Positions 60,895-64,000 of a stretch of 64,000 bases of DNA are shown here, in pieces. Each line of letters begins with the position of its first letter. The first letter of the stretch is position 1. A program made the translations under genes and the position numbers. Source of the stretch: Malacoraja senta (lineage: Eukaryota); the NCBI GenBank assembly GCA_038087875.1, contig CM075991.1, positions 7,006,001 through 7,070,000 of the forward strand, written 5' to 3'. The notes beneath the pieces were generated by a model. It was given only the letters and a program-made list of their open reading frames with translations. It had not been told where the DNA came from and made no database searches.

Positions 60895-61890
60895 TAAGGC
60901 AGCAACTCTACCGCTGCACTACCGTCCCAACCTTTGTACGTGATATTATGGGTCTCTAAAATTTGTGAATTTGAGACAATATAATAACCTTGGAGGCAAT
61001 GTGTCATGATCATATAATGCAACGACCTTTAATGACTCTGGGTAAAATAATAGATGAGAATATTTGAAAGAGAGACAATGAAATACTAAATATTCTTCCA
61101 TTGTTCTCCTTGGAGCAGAGAAGGCATAACAGAAATTTAAAAGATTTCTTCAAGTTTCCAAAATGCTGAGCAGAAAATATTTTTGTTTGTGAGTACATGA
61201 ATAACCAAAGAATACAAATTCGTAGTAATTGGTAAAAGAAGCAACAGGGAGAGGAAGAGAATCTTTCTTGTTATGATCTGAAACACATTGCTTGAAAGGG
61301 AAGCAGAATCTGTGGTTGTTTTCAAAGGAACATGAGATATAGACATGAAAAGGATATATTGCAAAACCTTGGGGAAATAGTACAGGTCGAATAATTGGAA
61401 TTAGGAATGGCGACCTATATAATTTCATTCTGTGACTCCCCAGATCAGCATTGAGTTCAGGTGTATTGATAATATCAAGGCAAGGATTACACCAGCCACA
61501 CAGTGCATTTATCATCATACTGACGTCTATGTGTGGTAAAGTTGCAAATGTAGGGTTTGAAATGTTGCAGGAAATCACCAAAAGTTGCAGTCTAATAATC
61601 ATGTCTTGGAAATGGGATACATTAATGTGGCATGACATCTGAAAATAGATGTACATTTTCAAATGAAATAATGTTTTGCAAAGAGATGGACCTCCTCTCT
61701 TACTCTGCAAGGATTTAGTGAGTGTTTTTGACAGGTTATGTGTCAAATCATAAACGACTAGGTCGTATGTTTTGTGTTGAACAAGCAGATCCTTGAAAGT
61801 GGCGTCACCGATAGATGGAGTGGTCAAAAAGGCTTTTGGCACATTGGCCTTCATCAGTCAGAGTATTGTAATTTGGCAACCTTTCTTGCT

Positions 61891-62013
61891 TCTTCTTCTT
61901 TCGTGTGGCGTGCACAGCCTAAAGTTGTTGGACAACTTGTTCTATTTGATCTTCCGTTTGTGCACGTCAAGTTGATTGCATTAGTCGAATCTTTAGTTGC
62001 AATCTTCCACCCC
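61891..62013 (-). mobile_element. Short retroposon with (GAA)n tail
   Basis: Flanked by ACCTTTCTTGCT / AACTTTCTTGCT (TSD-like); begins GGGGTGGAAGATTGCAAC. Confidence 0.55.
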
Positions 62014-62714
62014 AACTTTCTTGCTGATGTTGGAGAAGAATAAGGAGAGTCTGAAGAAGGGTCTCAACCAGAAACGTCACCCATTCCTTCTCTCCGGGGA
62101 TGCTGCCTATCCCGCTGAGTTATTCCAGCATTCTGTGTCTATCTTCGGAGAAGGATAAGGTCATTGAGAATACCCTCTACCTTCAGGTAGGCTGCTGGCG
62201 CTCAGTGTGTGAGATGCGTGGAACATGCAATGTATTGGATCCCATGCTAAAGTAATCTGGCAGGAGGTGACAGCTTGAGATGATTAACATGGACCCGGGA
62301 GAAAAACAGTAGTTTGTACTCTGTGGTTAGATAATAAAATATTGTTTGCCAATCATATCATAGAAGGGATAAAGCAATGACAATTCTCTATGATTCACAA
62401 GCCTAAAACTATAAATTATTGCCACCTCTTACATTTGTTGCACCAGCACTCTATGAACACTTTCTTCCATTTGTTGCATCATTGAGGAGTAAAATGGGGA
62501 GGGGGGGGGGGGGGCGTGTGAATGGGGTGTCATTGACAGATGCTGAGGAGTGGAGTGATGTGACAGTCATAAAGATGTCAGGAAATTATAAGTTCATGAG
62601 TTGAAGGAGCAGAATCAGGCCATTCCTACTCCGCCATTCAATCATGGCTGATCTAACGTCCCCTCTCAACCCCACTCTCCTGCCTTCTCCCCATTATCCC
62701 TGGGACCCTATAAT

Positions 62715-63032
62715 TTTAGTTTAGACATACAGCGTGGAAACAGGCCCTTCGGCCCACCAAGTTCGAGCCAACCAATGATCACCGCACACTAACGCTATCC
62801 TACACACACACTCAGGACATTTTTTTACATTTATACCAAGTCAATTAACTTATGAGCACGTACGTCTTTGGAATGTTGGAGGAAACCGAGGATCTTGGAG
62901 AAAACCCACGCAGTCACGGCGAGAAAGTACAAACCCCGTAGAGACAGCGCCCGTCGTCGTGTCCGAACCCGTGTCTCTGGCACTGTAAGTGCTGTAAGGC
63001 AGCAACTCTACCACTGCGCTGCCGTGCTGCCC
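62715..63032 (-). mobile_element. tRNA-derived V-domain SINE nested in a CR1 3' end
   Basis: SINE pattern; the CR1 tail 62590-62710 resumes at 63031. Confidence 0.85.
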
Positions 63033-64000
63033 TTACTAATCAAGAATCTATCAACCATCACCTTAAAAATGTCCATTGACTTGACCTCCACAGCCTTCTG
63101 CGGCAATGAATTCCACAGATTCACCACCCTCTGATTAAAGAAATTCCTCGTCATCTCCTCTCAGGGTCGGAGATGTTAAGTTGCGATGTGGGGACGGAAG
63201 GTTGTGCGCATTGACCAAACTTGGGCACATATGAATAACACCACTGCAGCTTCCCCTTGCAAACAGAACTTTGGCCTCACTTGGAAATGCCAAGTGACCA
63301 TTCCTTAATCTTTACCTGATCTAAATCATGGAAAACCTATCCAGCAACACGATACCATAGCGGTAACGCTACTTACTGCCTTATAGCACCAGAGACCAGG
63401 GTTCGATCCTGACTACGGGTACTTGTCTGTACGGAGTTTGTACGTTGCCCCCGTGACCTCCGTGGGATTTCTCCAAGATCTTTGGTTTCCTCCCACCCTC
63501 CAAACACGTACAGGTTTGTAGGTTAATTGGCTTGGTGGGTGTTGGATAGTGTTAATGTGCGGGGATCACTGGTCGGTGCAGACTCGGTGGGCCGATGAGC
63601 CTGTTTCCACGCTGTATCTTTAAACTCAGCTAAACTAATGTAAACTAAACACTGGGGGAGCACCATCTCCAGAAGCAATGCTTCAGGAAGGCATCTCTCT
63701 GCCAACAGAGATGGGGAACAGATGCAGGTCTAGGGGAGAGTGCAACATGCTCTCAATTTATAATTTAAAATAAAACAAACTAAATATTATCTGAAGATGG
63801 GGTTCGACCCGAAACATCGCCTATTTCCTTCGCTCCATAGATGCTGCTTCTCCCGCTGAGTTTCTCCAGCATTTTTCGATTTTCCAGCATCTACAGTTCC
63901 TTCTTAAATATTATTATTTGTTTAATTTCTATTCAGTTTTCCCTCTACTGAGTCCCCTTGCCTCTTTTTTTGCCGGCATTAATGTTCTGAGATTTCCACA

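Noticed and set aside
61150-61854. 234-aa minus-strand ORF
   Set aside because: No recognisable motif; its start is antisense to a CR1 RT fragment (KVASPIDGVVKKAFG). Likely a chance ORF.

Overview
Eukaryotic, repeat-dense DNA that is probably intronic. The repeat set (HE1/V-type tRNA-SINEs with CR1 tails, CR1, Rex1-like, Tx1/L1 and Penelope fragments) points to a cartilaginous fish, most likely a skate or ray (inference). There are no prokaryotic features. Main content: (1) two full-length DIRS1-like tyrosine-recombinase retrotransposons in opposite orientation (4686-9410 minus, decayed; 50321-55166 plus, young). Both have gag, RT-RNaseH-methyltransferase and YR regions, ITRs and an internal complementary region (ICR), and an ATT crossover core can be read from the sequence. 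(2) About two dozen Penelope-derived short repeats carrying a minimal hammerhead-ribozyme core (CUGAAGA-A-stemII-GAAAC-GUH), many inserted as TSD-flanked fold-back hairpins. (3) Nested MITEs (Harbinger, Tigger-like, hAT-like) and LINE/SINE fragments. (4) A perfect 210-bp locally templated inverted duplication. (5) One candidate host exon encoding a signal-peptide-like sequence (22318-22447). Boundaries of old repeats are approximate.
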